Sequence record: SRR22947725_3599
DNA: 37,888 bases
Strand: one strand, 5' to 3'
Below, piece by piece: positions 1 through 9,634 of this stretch (position 1 is its first letter; every line of letters begins with the position of its first letter). The position numbers and the translations under genes are program-made. The notes beneath the pieces are model-generated. The model had not been told where the DNA came from. It ran no database searches and saw only the letters and a list, made by a program, of their open reading frames with translations.

Positions 1-2451
1 GAAACCCTGCAGCTTGCGTTGGTAATTCAAGTCAAAGGTAAAGGGATTGACGCCCGTGATTGCCCCAGACGCATTTCGATCAATGAGCGGAACGATACTT
101 CCAGGATCCCGGCGCCTGAAAGTATCGTCAAAATAACTGGCGAGAAAAAGCGTGTGACTACCAGGATGCCAGACACGGTGATAGCCCAGAAAAAGAAGGG
201 GTTCCTGGTTTTCCTCAACCCGCTGGGTTGTGCTTCCGTTTGCCTGACTGTGGTATTGTGATGCATCACCCGATTCGTAGTCGGAGTAGACGGCTTGAAT
301 CATTAATTCGTCCTGAGGCGTCAGATTGAACTTTGCTGAAGTCCAAATCGAAAGGTTTTCCACATCATTATTGGGTCGTTGCCCCGGGTCGCGGAGATAG
401 TCAACATCTACAGCATAGCTAAATCCGGGCATATTGCCAAAGTGGGAAGTGGATTGATCCCAGAGCCCGCTGCTTTGATATTCTGTTGTGTTGATCAGAT
501 GGAACGGCTGCTGATCGAAAAGTGCCGTGTATTCGTTCTGTGAAATCTGGCGCGACAAACTTGCGGAGCCTGCTGGCATCAGGAGTTGCGCCAGGAAAAG
601 TTCACTTGCCCAGGGAGTTTCGTAGCGAAGATTCAATTGACGTGGATCTCTCAGGGCATCGTAACTGTTCGCCAGGAAGAGGTGAGCTGACGCGTTGGTG
701 TAATCACTCTCGATAGACTGGGTGGCTTCGCGTTGACTCCACGCATGCATCTGGGCATCGCGATACATGACCGCAAGGTTTGCCTGACGAATGGACTGGT
801 CCTTGTCCAGGAGTGAGCGTGAGCGGTAGATGCTGCGGTTGTTGTTCAGCCTGACCGATTCCTGCAATTCGGTGATGGCAGGAATCAACTCATTTTTCTG
901 GTATTGAATCAGTGCGCTATAGAGCCAGGGAGTGGGGTCGTTTGGATCCAGTACCTTGGCACGGTCCAGTTCTCGTTTTGCGGCGATCCATTCATTGTCT
1001 GCCTCGTAAGCCTTACCGAGATAGCTGCGCAGCAACGCCCGCTGCGGCTCGAGGATAGTGGCAGCCTGCAGGTCCTGGCGGGCTTGTTCAGTCTGGCCTA
1101 ACTTGAATTTTGCCAAACCTTGCCCGAACCATGCGTTGGATAATCCCGAGTCCAGTTCAACGGCTTTCTGCATTGAAGCCAGTGCCGCTTCCGGTTGCTT
1201 GTTGGCGAGTTGAATGAATCCCTCAAGGATTCGGGCCTGAGCATTTTCGGGGGATATTTCGATGGCCTTTTCCAAGGCTTCTTTTGTTCTTTGATGATTG
1301 CCGAATGAGAATTGCAATTCCGCGAGCCTCGCCCATGCATAGCCAAAGGTGGTTGACTCTTCAGCTGCCCTTTGTGCCCATTCCAATGCCTCTTCAAGAT
1401 GGTAGGATGCTTGCGCATGATAAGATCTTGCCAACATGAGCGTGCGCGTGCTACCGAGTTCAGCCTGATTGTAATTGTCTTTTGAGCGGCCCCCGAGTGA
1501 TAACTTTTGGATCAAGCTCTTCAATGCCGCACTTAATTCAGCATGCCGTCCTAGATTCCAGTTTCCGTCGAGTGCATTTTCAGTAATCGAAACTTCACCG
1601 TGTGCAAGCCAGATGGCTGCCCTGAGTAAACGGGCAGCTTCTTGCTCTGCTTGATCAGATGCCTTCGGCATGGATGTAATGGCTTGAGGCAGGTTGCCGA
1701 GATTGTAGGCGTTCAAAGTAGCTTTCCAGATTTCAGGGGGGCCTCCCTCAGTCCATTGCAGTTCCGATGTGTCCAGTATTCCAGGGTAATAAAGTGTCCA
1801 TTGGATCACTGATTCTGGATTCAGCATGGGCGTCTTGCGTGGTGATTGATCAGGCTCAATGACAACTTGCTCTCCTCCAGTTGCCGACACGTTTCCCATG
1901 GGGGTGGATAGGTCTACCAGTCCATCGACCATGGTCAGGGTGGATGAGCCGTTTTCGATTGCTGTGAGTTCGAATTCCGTTCCTCTGATGGCTCCCGAGG
2001 TGAGGGATGTTCGAAAAGGAACTTCTTTCGGACTTTCTCGACTGAAAAAGAATACCGAACCTGAACGCAGGTTCAGCAGCGGCTGTTTCCCCTTCTTTTC
2101 AGGCGCTTGAATAACCATGCTGGTTAGCTGGCGGATCTTAAGTAAAGTTTTATCAGTCATTTGCAAAGCCGCTTTGCTACGGCGACCGGTGCGCACGATA
2201 TCTCCAAAAGCCAGTGGCATGTTGACCTTTGCTGGGATCCATAATTGCGATTCTCCCCTGAAGATATCCACCGTGCCTTGTGCGGAGAGGATTCGTACCT
2301 GCGGGGTGGTCATCTGAGCGTCAGCTGCCTGTAAAAGAGGGTGAATGAATGCGCAAAGAATCACGTTGCAGAAGATGAAGCAAAGGATCCAACCCCATCT
2401 ATCAGGACGTCTGGTCAATGGATGAGGGTGCTTTTTTGTTACATTCATCAT
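1..2451 (-). CDS. FecR-domain/TPR-repeat protein with probable C-terminal outer-membrane (TonB-dependent receptor-like) region; 3' end lies beyond the window
   Basis: Absent from the ORF track because it has no stop in the window; I translated it in segments, all in one frame. Starts MMNVTKKHPHPLTRRPDRWGWILCFIFCNVILCAFIHPLLQAAD (signal/TM). FecR-like segment GDIVRTGRRSKAALQMTDKTLLKI...LNLRSGSVFFFSR...GAIRGTEF. TPR-region motif AKVLDPNDPTPWLYSALI. Frame is open at position 1 (ITGVNPFTFDLNYQRKLQGF). Confidence 0.8.
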   Translation of the reverse strand, partial: MMNVTKKHPHPLTRRPDRWGWILCFIFCNVILCAFIHPLLQAADAQMTTPQVRILSAQGTVDIFRGESQLWIPAKVNMPLAFGDIVRTGRRSKAALQMTDKTLLKIRQLTSMVIQAPEKKGKQPLLNLRSGSVFFFSRESPKEVPFRTSLTSGAIRGTEFELTAIENGSSTLTMVDGLVDLSTPMGNVSATGGEQVVIEPDQSPRKTPMLNPESVIQWTLYYPGILDTSELQWTEGGPPEIWKATLNAYNLGNLPQAITSMPKASDQAEQEAARLLRAAIWLAHGEVSITENALDGNWNLGRHAELSAALKSLIQKLSLGGRSKDNYNQAELGSTRTLMLARSYHAQASYHLEEALEWAQRAAEESTTFGYAWARLAELQFSFGNHQRTKEALEKAIEISPENAQARILEGFIQLANKQPEAALASMQKAVELDSGLSNAWFGQGLAKFKLGQTEQARQDLQAATILEPQRALLRSYLGKAYEADNEWIAAKRELDRAKVLDPNDPTPWLYSALIQYQKNELIPAITELQESVRLNNNRSIYRSRSLLDKDQSIRQANLAVMYRDAQMHAWSQREATQSIESDYTNASAHLFLANSYDALRDPRQLNLRYETPWASELFLAQLLMPAGSASLSRQISQNEYTALFDQQPFHLINTTEYQSSGLWDQSTSHFGNMPGFSYAVDVDYLRDPGQRPNNDVENLSIWTSAKFNLTPQDELMIQAVYSDYESGDASQYHSQANGSTTQRVEENQEPLLFLGYHRVWHPGSHTLFLASYFDDTFRRRDPGSIVPLIDRNASGAITGVNPFTFDLNYQRKLQGF

Positions 2452-2571
2452 AAGTTCATCAAGGACAGGAGCAGAAAACGCGCCGATTCTCAATCATGAT
2501 AATGCATAAAATCATCATTGGTCCACGGGGTACCTTTTTCCTGCAGGCTGTAGCGCGTGTCTCAGGCAGAC

Positions 2572-3960
2572 TTAAAACTCGGCGTTTCCGGGTGTTCTAG
2601 CGAAAGGAATGACGTCGCGTATATTGGACACGCCCGTCACAAACATCAACATACGTTCGAATCCCATTCCGAAGCCGCTATGAGGGACGGAGCCAAATCT
2701 TCGCAGGTCAAGATACCATCCGTAATCTTCCTTGCTCAATTCATGGTGCTCCAGATGTTTTTCAAGAACCTCAAGCCGTTCTTCCCTTTGGCTGCCCCCG
2801 ACGATCTCCCCAATTCCCGGGACCAGTACATCCATGGCTGCCACTGTTTTACCATCGTCGTTGGCTCGCATGTAAAATGGTTTGATGGTTTTTGGGTAAT
2901 TGTAAACCGTTACCGGACACTTGAAGTGTTTTTCTGTCAGATAGCGTTCGTGTTCTGATTGGAGGTTCAGCCCGTAATCGACGGGATACTCAAATGTCTG
3001 TCCCGACTGGAGCAGGATATCAATTGCTTCCGCATAGCTGATCCTTTCGAAGGGACGATCCAGGACCCACTGCAATCGATCCTTCAAACCTTTGTCCACA
3101 AACTTTGAGAAAAACGTCATGTCCGCAGCACAATGCTTGAGTATGTCGTCGATCAGGTATTTGACAAAAGTCTCTGCCACATCCATGTCTTCCTGCAAAT
3201 CACAAAAAGCCATTTCTGGTTCAATCATCCAGAATTCACTGGCGTGTCGCGTGGTGTTGGAGTTCTCTGCACGAAAAGTGGGGCCAAATGTGTAAACGTT
3301 CGACATGGAGCATGCGAACACTTCTGCTGCCAGCTGGCCACTCACTGTCAAGTAACTAGGCTTTTCAAAGAAATCCTTGCCATAATCAACCTGCCCGTCT
3401 TTCAAGGGAGGTTTGGCAGGGTCGATGGTGGTGACCTTGAACATTTCCCCAGCGCCTTCACAATCACTGGCAGTGATGATGGGGGTGTGGATGTAAATGA
3501 AATCCCGTCCTTGGAAAAATTGATGCACGGCATGAGCCAGTCGGCTTCGGACCCTGAAGACGCAGCCAAACAGGTTGGATCGCGGGCGAAGATGTGCAAT
3601 CTCCCTTAGGAATTCCAGACTGTGACCCTTTTTCTGCAATGGATAGCTTGCGTCGGCTTGTCCAATGACTTCGAAAGCAGTCGCAATGACCTCCCAACCC
3701 TGGTTCTTACCCTGGGACAGTGTCAGTTTCCCGTGAACACGGATTGCTGCACCTGTCGTCACTTTTACAATCTCCGTTTCGTAATCGGAAAGAGTGGCAT
3801 CAATGATGATCTGCAAATTCGCGAGGCTGGTACCGTCGTTGATTTCAACAAATGAAAATGCCTTCGCATCCCGCCGCGTACGAACCCAGCCCTCAATTCG
3901 GATTTCGTCCTCTGGTTCTTTTGCGTTGAGTGCTTTTTTTACCAGTGTTCGGCGTATCAT
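2572..3960 (-). CDS. asnS: asparagine--tRNA ligase
   Basis: OB-fold start [31 protein letters not shown]; motif 2 [28 protein letters not shown]; motif 3 [10 protein letters not shown]. Confidence 0.97.
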   Translation of the reverse strand: MIRRTLVKKALNAKEPEDEIRIEGWVRTRRDAKAFSFVEINDGTSLANLQIIIDATLSDYETEIVKVTTGAAIRVHGKLTLSQGKNQGWEVIATAFEVIGQADASYPLQKKGHSLEFLREIAHLRPRSNLFGCVFRVRSRLAHAVHQFFQGRDFIYIHTPIITASDCEGAGEMFKVTTIDPAKPPLKDGQVDYGKDFFEKPSYLTVSGQLAAEVFACSMSNVYTFGPTFRAENSNTTRHASEFWMIEPEMAFCDLQEDMDVAETFVKYLIDDILKHCAADMTFFSKFVDKGLKDRLQWVLDRPFERISYAEAIDILLQSGQTFEYPVDYGLNLQSEHERYLTEKHFKCPVTVYNYPKTIKPFYMRANDDGKTVAAMDVLVPGIGEIVGGSQREERLEVLEKHLEHHELSKEDYGWYLDLRRFGSVPHSGFGMGFERMLMFVTGVSNIRDVIPFARTPGNAEF

Positions 3961-4018
3961 TGTCTCACCCCATCATGAAATTTCATACTGTCAGATGATA
4001 AGAAAGATTTGATCATCT

Positions 4019-6073
4019 CTACCAAATCTGGACACGTTCTTCCGGGGCTAGCCACATGCTGTCTTTTGCCTTCACATTAAAGGCTTTGTAGAAGTCGTCA
4101 AAATTTCGGACAGGTCCATTGACTCTGAACTTAGGTGGTGAGTGAGTATCGGTTTTTAATCGGCGTATGGTTGTTTCTGTGCGTTGTTTGATACGCCAGA
4201 TTTGAGCGAGCGACAGGAAAAATCGTTGTTCTCCAGTGAGACCATCCACCATCGGAGGCCATTTTCCTTTCATCGATTCAAGGTATGCGCGGTAAGCGAG
4301 CGTGATACCTCCAAGATCGCCAATGTTTTCACCCAGCGTGAGTTGTCCATTCACGAAAAATCCGGATTCAGGTTCAAATTTTTCATATTGTGCAACCAGT
4401 TTGGAAGTGCGTGCCTCGTATGCCTTGGCATCCTCCTCTGTCCACCAATCTCGCAGGTTGCCGTCTCCATCGGATTTGCGGCCCTGATCATCAAATCCAT
4501 GACCTATCTCATGACCAATCACCATCCCTATCGCACCGTAGTTGACCGCATCATCTGCCTTCATATTGAAGAAAGGCGGCTGGAGGATGGCGGCGGGAAA
4601 CACGATCTCGTTCATGGAAGGGTTGTAATAGGCGTTGACCGTTTGCGGTGTCATGAACCATTCGGTTTGGTCTACAGGTTTACTGAGTTTGCTGATTTCC
4701 CGCTCGTGCTCAAAGCCGGCTGATCGAATGATATTGCCTACCAGATCATCCGGGGCAATCGTCAGGCCGGAATAATCCTTCCACTTGTCCGGGTACCCGA
4801 TTTTGGTATTGAATTTTTTGAGTTTTTCGAGTGCCGCGACTTTGGTTGGAGTGGTCATCCATTCCAGGTTCTCGATACTCTGCTTCATCGCTACTTTGAG
4901 GTTGCCTACCAGATCCAGCATGCGTGCCTTGGCCTCCGGTGGGAAATTGCGTTGCACATATTCCTTGCCGATGAGTTCGCCCAGTGACCCATTGACCAGA
5001 TTGACCGCACGTCTTGCCCGTGGTTCCGGTTCTTCCTGGCCGCCCAGGGTCTTATTGTAAAATTCAAAATGTGCTTGAGCGAAGGGTTCGCTCAGGTAAG
5101 GAGCAAAATCAATAAGAACACGTGCTTTGAAATAATCTTTCCAATCGCTCAGGGAGGCTTCCTTGATGGTTGCATTCAATCCCTCAAGGAATGAGGGTTG
5201 ACGGACAATGAAGGAAGATTCATTTGCGACACCGCTTACTTCCAGGAATGTCTTCAAATCAAAAGCTGGCAGCATGCCTTTGATTTCTTCCCTTGTCTTT
5301 TTGTTGTAGGTTTTGATGCGGTCCCGGTTTTCGACACGTGTCCAGTGAGCGCCGGCGATGCGTTGCTCCAGCGCAAAGATGGTTTCTGATTTTTTCAAGC
5401 CATCACTTAATTCTGCCAGATCAAACAGTCTGGCGAGCATGGTGCGATAGGCCTCCTTAAGTCCGGTTGAGCGTTCGTCATCCTGGAAGTAGTAATCGCG
5501 ATCGGGTAATCCCAAACCACTTTGAGTGAAGTAGAGTGCATAACGAGTGGAGTCTTTGCCGTCTTGATTGATGTAGGCTCCGATGGGGTTGGAGATGCCC
5601 AATCTGCCTGCCTCTGCCCAGATATTACCGAACTCGTTTTTACTCGAGATGCCTTCAATCACTTGCAGATAGGCCTTGATGGGGGCAACGCCGAGTTCCT
5701 CGACGCGTTCCTCATTCATGAAACTGCGGTAAAGGTCGCGAATTTTTTGTGGGTTTGATCCATTTTTCAACCCATCTTTGGCACTCAGTTCATCAATGAT
5801 GGCCTGCACCGCATCCCGGCTCTCCTCCGCGAGGATAACAAACGACCCCCATCGTGTCTTGTCGGAGGGGATCTCTGTGTTTTTTAGCCAACCGCCGTTG
5901 GCGAATTCAAAAAAATCGTCCTGTGGGCGCGTGTCTCGGTTCCAGCCCGAGATATCAAGCGCTGGTTTGTCAGCGCCGGCAGCCGACATGATCAGGCAAA
6001 AGGCTGACAACAGGTAAACAAATGGATGCATCGTTTCGAGCAATGGTTTCTTTTGCATGGTTGCAGTGATCAT
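4019..6073 (-). CDS. M13 family (neprilysin/PepO-like) zinc metalloendopeptidase, exported
   Basis: PQDDFFEFANGGW; VNAYY; GHEIGHGFDDQG (HExxH); GENIGDLGG; HSPPKFRVNG. Hydrophobic N-terminal signal; true start may be a few codons downstream. Confidence 0.95.
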   Translation of the reverse strand: MITATMQKKPLLETMHPFVYLLSAFCLIMSAAGADKPALDISGWNRDTRPQDDFFEFANGGWLKNTEIPSDKTRWGSFVILAEESRDAVQAIIDELSAKDGLKNGSNPQKIRDLYRSFMNEERVEELGVAPIKAYLQVIEGISSKNEFGNIWAEAGRLGISNPIGAYINQDGKDSTRYALYFTQSGLGLPDRDYYFQDDERSTGLKEAYRTMLARLFDLAELSDGLKKSETIFALEQRIAGAHWTRVENRDRIKTYNKKTREEIKGMLPAFDLKTFLEVSGVANESSFIVRQPSFLEGLNATIKEASLSDWKDYFKARVLIDFAPYLSEPFAQAHFEFYNKTLGGQEEPEPRARRAVNLVNGSLGELIGKEYVQRNFPPEAKARMLDLVGNLKVAMKQSIENLEWMTTPTKVAALEKLKKFNTKIGYPDKWKDYSGLTIAPDDLVGNIIRSAGFEHEREISKLSKPVDQTEWFMTPQTVNAYYNPSMNEIVFPAAILQPPFFNMKADDAVNYGAIGMVIGHEIGHGFDDQGRKSDGDGNLRDWWTEEDAKAYEARTSKLVAQYEKFEPESGFFVNGQLTLGENIGDLGGITLAYRAYLESMKGKWPPMVDGLTGEQRFFLSLAQIWRIKQRTETTIRRLKTDTHSPPKFRVNGPVRNFDDFYKAFNVKAKDSMWLAPEERVQIW

Positions 6074-6160
6074 TTCTAGTTTTTGTTAGGCACCCAAAAT
6101 AGAACTGAACGCCTTGAATGCAAGAGTCTTCTTGTCGGATTGCGTTTTGTAGATTTCAGA

Positions 6161-6535
6161 CTACCACATCCTTGGTCTTGCAGATAACATAAAGCATATG
6201 AGCATCCAGGTTCCGGTCACAAGGATCTCATACATTTGAGTGGATTGAGAGGACCGCCGCCACTGCCATCTCGCCAGGAACATCGATAAAATCAAACTCA
6301 GACCAAACATCACAGCATACGTCATTGTGATTACACCAGGAGAAGCTGAATCTCCATCTTGATCCCTCAGAAAATACGATCCCCAGGATGAAACCATATC
6401 GACTCCCAGAGGAGCTGATGAACCTGCAAGGCAGGCGTTGATGACTCGTCGTAACTGAGTGGGTGATTTGCAGGCATCCATATGATTATAATAGCTGGGA
6501 TTGTTGTTTCCGTCCAAAATTCTGTCTTCAAACAA
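6161..6535 (-). CDS. small hypothetical membrane protein
   Basis: 124-aa ORF with two hydrophobic C-terminal segments, 12 bp downstream of and co-oriented with 6548-7012. Start uncertain. Confidence 0.5.
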   Translation of the reverse strand: MFEDRILDGNNNPSYYNHMDACKSPTQLRRVINACLAGSSAPLGVDMVSSWGSYFLRDQDGDSASPGVITMTYAVMFGLSLILSMFLARWQWRRSSQSTQMYEILVTGTWMLICFMLSARPRMW

Positions 6536-6547
6536 GGTCTGCAGGCT

Positions 6548-7012
6548 TCAATCCCACTCACGGAATGGGAGGGCAGCGCGCTCCAGATAATCACGGCATC
6601 TCGGGCATCGCCCCGGCTCCTTCCAGCAGCGGACCCGATGTGTGATCTTGATGGGGCATTCCAACACGAGCTGGTAGCAAAGCTGCGTCAATCGGTTTTG
6701 AAACGGAGAGGCAGTTTTTATTTTAAAATGTAGTTCCTTCTTGCGAGGCAATGAGCCTGAAGTAAGGCTGAATCTATGCTCAAGCTCTCGCCATTTGCTT
6801 TCTGAGAGATGCAAATGGCGTGCAGGATGGGCGTCTTTTGTTCCGTCAGCAACAGGTCGATCCAGCTCGACCCGACTCAAGACATCGTAAAGACAGCGGC
6901 AATCTTTACAGTGGATAGTGGTCATCTGAAAACCGGATGCCTCTACGTGCGCTCCGCAGACATCCGCTCTGTAGCCGCATCGTTCGCAATGATATCGGTA
7001 TGCTCTGCCCAT
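6548..7012 (-). CDS. hypothetical Cys-rich putative zinc-binding protein
   Basis: CERC, CKDC and CPRC motifs plus CPIKITH; ends LPFREWD. Confidence 0.75.
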   Translation of the reverse strand: MGRAYRYHCERCGYRADVCGAHVEASGFQMTTIHCKDCRCLYDVLSRVELDRPVADGTKDAHPARHLHLSESKWRELEHRFSLTSGSLPRKKELHFKIKTASPFQNRLTQLCYQLVLECPIKITHRVRCWKEPGRCPRCRDYLERAALPFREWD

Positions 7013-7136
7013 CGCGCCCTATTACCTAGCAACCTATGTTTAAAAACCCAATTAAAAATACAAAGGATTGCCAAGCTCCTCTGGTTTGTTTTATATCCAA
7101 ACAGATCCTGTCAACAGCAGGTCCGGACAGGCTATA

Positions 7137-7727
7137 ATGAACATTCCAAATCAACTCACCGTCGCTCGTTTTGTGCTGACCGTTGTTTTTCTGGCAGTCT
7201 TGTTCTCTGGAATACCTTATCACCACAGCCTCTCATTGATCCTATTCGGTATTGCCAGTCTGACGGATTATTTTGATGGGAAAATTGCTCGTCGCGATAA
7301 TCTGATCACCGATTTTGGCAAATTAATGGATCCGCTGGCAGATAAAATTCTTACTGGATCGGCTTTTATTGCCTTTGTTGGATTGGACCTCATGTCTGCC
7401 TGGATGGTGATCATCATCGTTGCCCGAGAGTTGACAATCACTGGGTTACGGCTCCTGGCTGCCTCAAAAAATATCGTATTGGCTGCTGAACGTTTTGGTA
7501 AACACAAAACGATCTCGCAGATAACGGCGATTCTCTCCGTTCTGGTGATGATCAGTTATCCAAACTGGGGAACGCTCGGCCAAGTTGTTTTTGGGTGGCA
7601 TATCGGAGAACAGCCTTGGGTCGTTTCCTTTACCGTGTTGGCGCAATGGGTGACTGTCGCCCTTACTTTCTATTCAGGTATGGTGTATCTCTGGAAGAAT
7701 CGAGAGATTTATCTCGATGATATGTGA
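7137..7727 (+). CDS. pgsA: CDP-diacylglycerol--glycerol-3-phosphate 3-phosphatidyltransferase
   Basis: Starts MNIPNQLTVAR at ATG 7137. CDP-alcohol phosphotransferase motif TDYFDGKIARRDNLITDFGKLMDPLADK; ARELTITGLR; GKHKT. Confidence 0.95.
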   Translation: MNIPNQLTVARFVLTVVFLAVLFSGIPYHHSLSLILFGIASLTDYFDGKIARRDNLITDFGKLMDPLADKILTGSAFIAFVGLDLMSAWMVIIIVARELTITGLRLLAASKNIVLAAERFGKHKTISQITAILSVLVMISYPNWGTLGQVVFGWHIGEQPWVVSFTVLAQWVTVALTFYSGMVYLWKNREIYLDDM

Positions 7728-7762
7728 GGGATGATCCCGTTCATCTCTCTTATACTTAAAGC

Positions 7763-8284
7763 ATGAGTTCCTCCGAAAAAACACACTGGACATCAACATT
7801 GGCATGCCTAGGCCCTATCGGCCATCTTCCCAAGGCGCCGGGTACCTGGGGAACTCTGTTTGCGATTCCCTTTTCTATCGCTTTGTTCCAGTGGGCTGGG
7901 ATATGGGGAGCGCTCGCCCTCAGTATCGTAATGATTCTTTTCAGTGTATGGTGCTGCGGTGCCGCAGAAAAAGTGCTCCATCAGCGCGACCCCGGATGTG
8001 TGGTACTGGATGAATTCGTAGCGGTGCCTGTGTGCTACCTGGGTGTTGCTTTATTCAACCCTCAGATTCATATGCAACTTACGGAGACGGGCAGTCTCCT
8101 GTCGCATCAAGCAATCGGACTTCATCTGGCTGTCTTCATTCTGTTCAGGATATTTGATATCTGGAAACCATGGCCGGTTGGCCTGAGCCAAAAATGGCCG
8201 CGAGGCTGGGGAGTGGTCATGGACGACATCCTTGCTGCTGGATACGTCAACCTGGTCCTGTGCCTGATCTTCGCTCTGTTTTGA
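7763..8284 (+). CDS. pgpA: phosphatidylglycerophosphatase A
   Basis: APGTWGT, DPGCVVLDEFVA, FRIFDIWKPWP, GVVMDDILAA; follows pgsA. Confidence 0.93.
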   Translation: MSSSEKTHWTSTLACLGPIGHLPKAPGTWGTLFAIPFSIALFQWAGIWGALALSIVMILFSVWCCGAAEKVLHQRDPGCVVLDEFVAVPVCYLGVALFNPQIHMQLTETGSLLSHQAIGLHLAVFILFRIFDIWKPWPVGLSQKWPRGWGVVMDDILAAGYVNLVLCLIFALF

Positions 8285-8322
8285 TTCTGGATCTGAGAAT
8301 TCCATGACATACACTCACGTGC

Positions 8323-8775
8323 ATGCGCATTGTCATTCAACGTGTTGTCGAGGCTTCCGTCACCATTGAAGGGAAAATTCATGGGGAAATAGGTTGCGGG
8401 CTTCTGGTTTTGCTCGGCATTGAGTCGGAGGATATCCAGGAAGATATCGATTGGCTTGTTGGAAAAATAGCTCGCCTCAGGATTTTTGCTGATCTTGATG
8501 ATAAAATGAATCTCTCCCTTTCCGACGTGGAAGGCGAGGTGCTGGTCATCAGTCAATTCACGCTTCATGCCAGCACCAAAAAAGGAAACCGCCCTTCCTA
8601 CATTCGATCGGCTCCCCCCGAAGTCGCCGTGCCGCTTTACCAAGCCTTTATTCAGACCCTGGAGCTAGCCATCGGCAAGACTGTCCCAACCGGTATTTTC
8701 GGTGCCGATATGAAAGTTGCACTCATCAATGACGGCCCCGTTACTATTTCAATCGATTCCAAACGCCGCGAATAA
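8323..8775 (+). CDS. dtd: D-aminoacyl-tRNA deacylase
   Basis: MRIVIQRV, LRIF, SQFTL, KGNRPS, FGADMKVALINDGPVT. Confidence 0.96.
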   Translation: MRIVIQRVVEASVTIEGKIHGEIGCGLLVLLGIESEDIQEDIDWLVGKIARLRIFADLDDKMNLSLSDVEGEVLVISQFTLHASTKKGNRPSYIRSAPPEVAVPLYQAFIQTLELAIGKTVPTGIFGADMKVALINDGPVTISIDSKRRE

Positions 8776-8776
8776 A

Positions 8777-9601
8777 TTAGGGGTCGGTCCTAACTATTGA
8801 TATTTCCTTGCCGCTCACCAGCTCGGCTGTTGTCAAAACCGCTCTCATCAAGGCTTTCATTCGGACTTGCATGTCAAAGTCTGATGGTGCCTCCAGAGTC
8901 AATGAATGGTCGGTCTTGTTGTGCATCATGTAGAATGCTTCCGGCCAGTCCTGCCGTTGCTCCTGATGGTAGGGGGGGTGGATCAATCCGCGATCTGCTT
9001 CATGGCCTTCAACCAGGGCATTTTTTTCGATCGGGCAAACCTTTGAAACGGCATCAAGGACAGACCTCCCAAACCGAGGAGGCTTGTTCGGCTGCGTGAG
9101 CTCATACAAGTAAAATCCGTTCGCCTCCCAATCCTCATGCAGTAATATGGCAACTTCAAATGATTCGAACTCTCGAAGTTTTTTCAATTCGGTTCGGACT
9201 TCTTTTGATTCTGCTTCCAAGAAGTCACGATTCAGGTCCATGCCTTCCGGTGTTTCACGGCGGGATATCCGCATCCCACGCGGATTCAGGCATGGGAAAA
9301 CAGCGTAAGTGATGTTTTTCGGTAAAGCATCCTCCAAGATGAGTTGGCACAGAGAAATCGTTGTGGCGGGTTCGTCGCCATGAATGCCTGCCGTGATCAA
9401 AATGGAAGGAGCCGACGCTGAAACAGCGGAGCGATGCATGAACATCAACGAATCATCATGTCCAATAGGAAGCGATTCTGTCATCCAGCCCAGAGGGATG
9501 GATTGATTTTTCAGTCTGGTCAGCTCCCGATCTACCTGAATGGTCTGCCCGAGATATCCGTCCTTGTTCCTCCCCGATCTCCCTGAAACATCTGCCGGCA
9601 T
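8777..9601 (-). CDS. M14-like zinc carboxypeptidase / succinylglutamate desuccinylase-aspartoacylase family protein
   Basis: ITAGIHGDEPA (HxxE), CLNPRG, DLNRDF, LLHED, TLEAP. Confidence 0.85.
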   Translation of the reverse strand: MPADVSGRSGRNKDGYLGQTIQVDRELTRLKNQSIPLGWMTESLPIGHDDSLMFMHRSAVSASAPSILITAGIHGDEPATTISLCQLILEDALPKNITYAVFPCLNPRGMRISRRETPEGMDLNRDFLEAESKEVRTELKKLREFESFEVAILLHEDWEANGFYLYELTQPNKPPRFGRSVLDAVSKVCPIEKNALVEGHEADRGLIHPPYHQEQRQDWPEAFYMMHNKTDHSLTLEAPSDFDMQVRMKALMRAVLTTAELVSGKEISIVRTDP

Positions 9602-9634
9602 GCGAGAGATAAAAAAAGGTGTGAACGCTTGAGC

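Noticed and set aside
7133-7138. TATAAT before pgsA as a -10 box
   Set aside because: It overlaps the start codon, so transcription from it would begin inside the gene.
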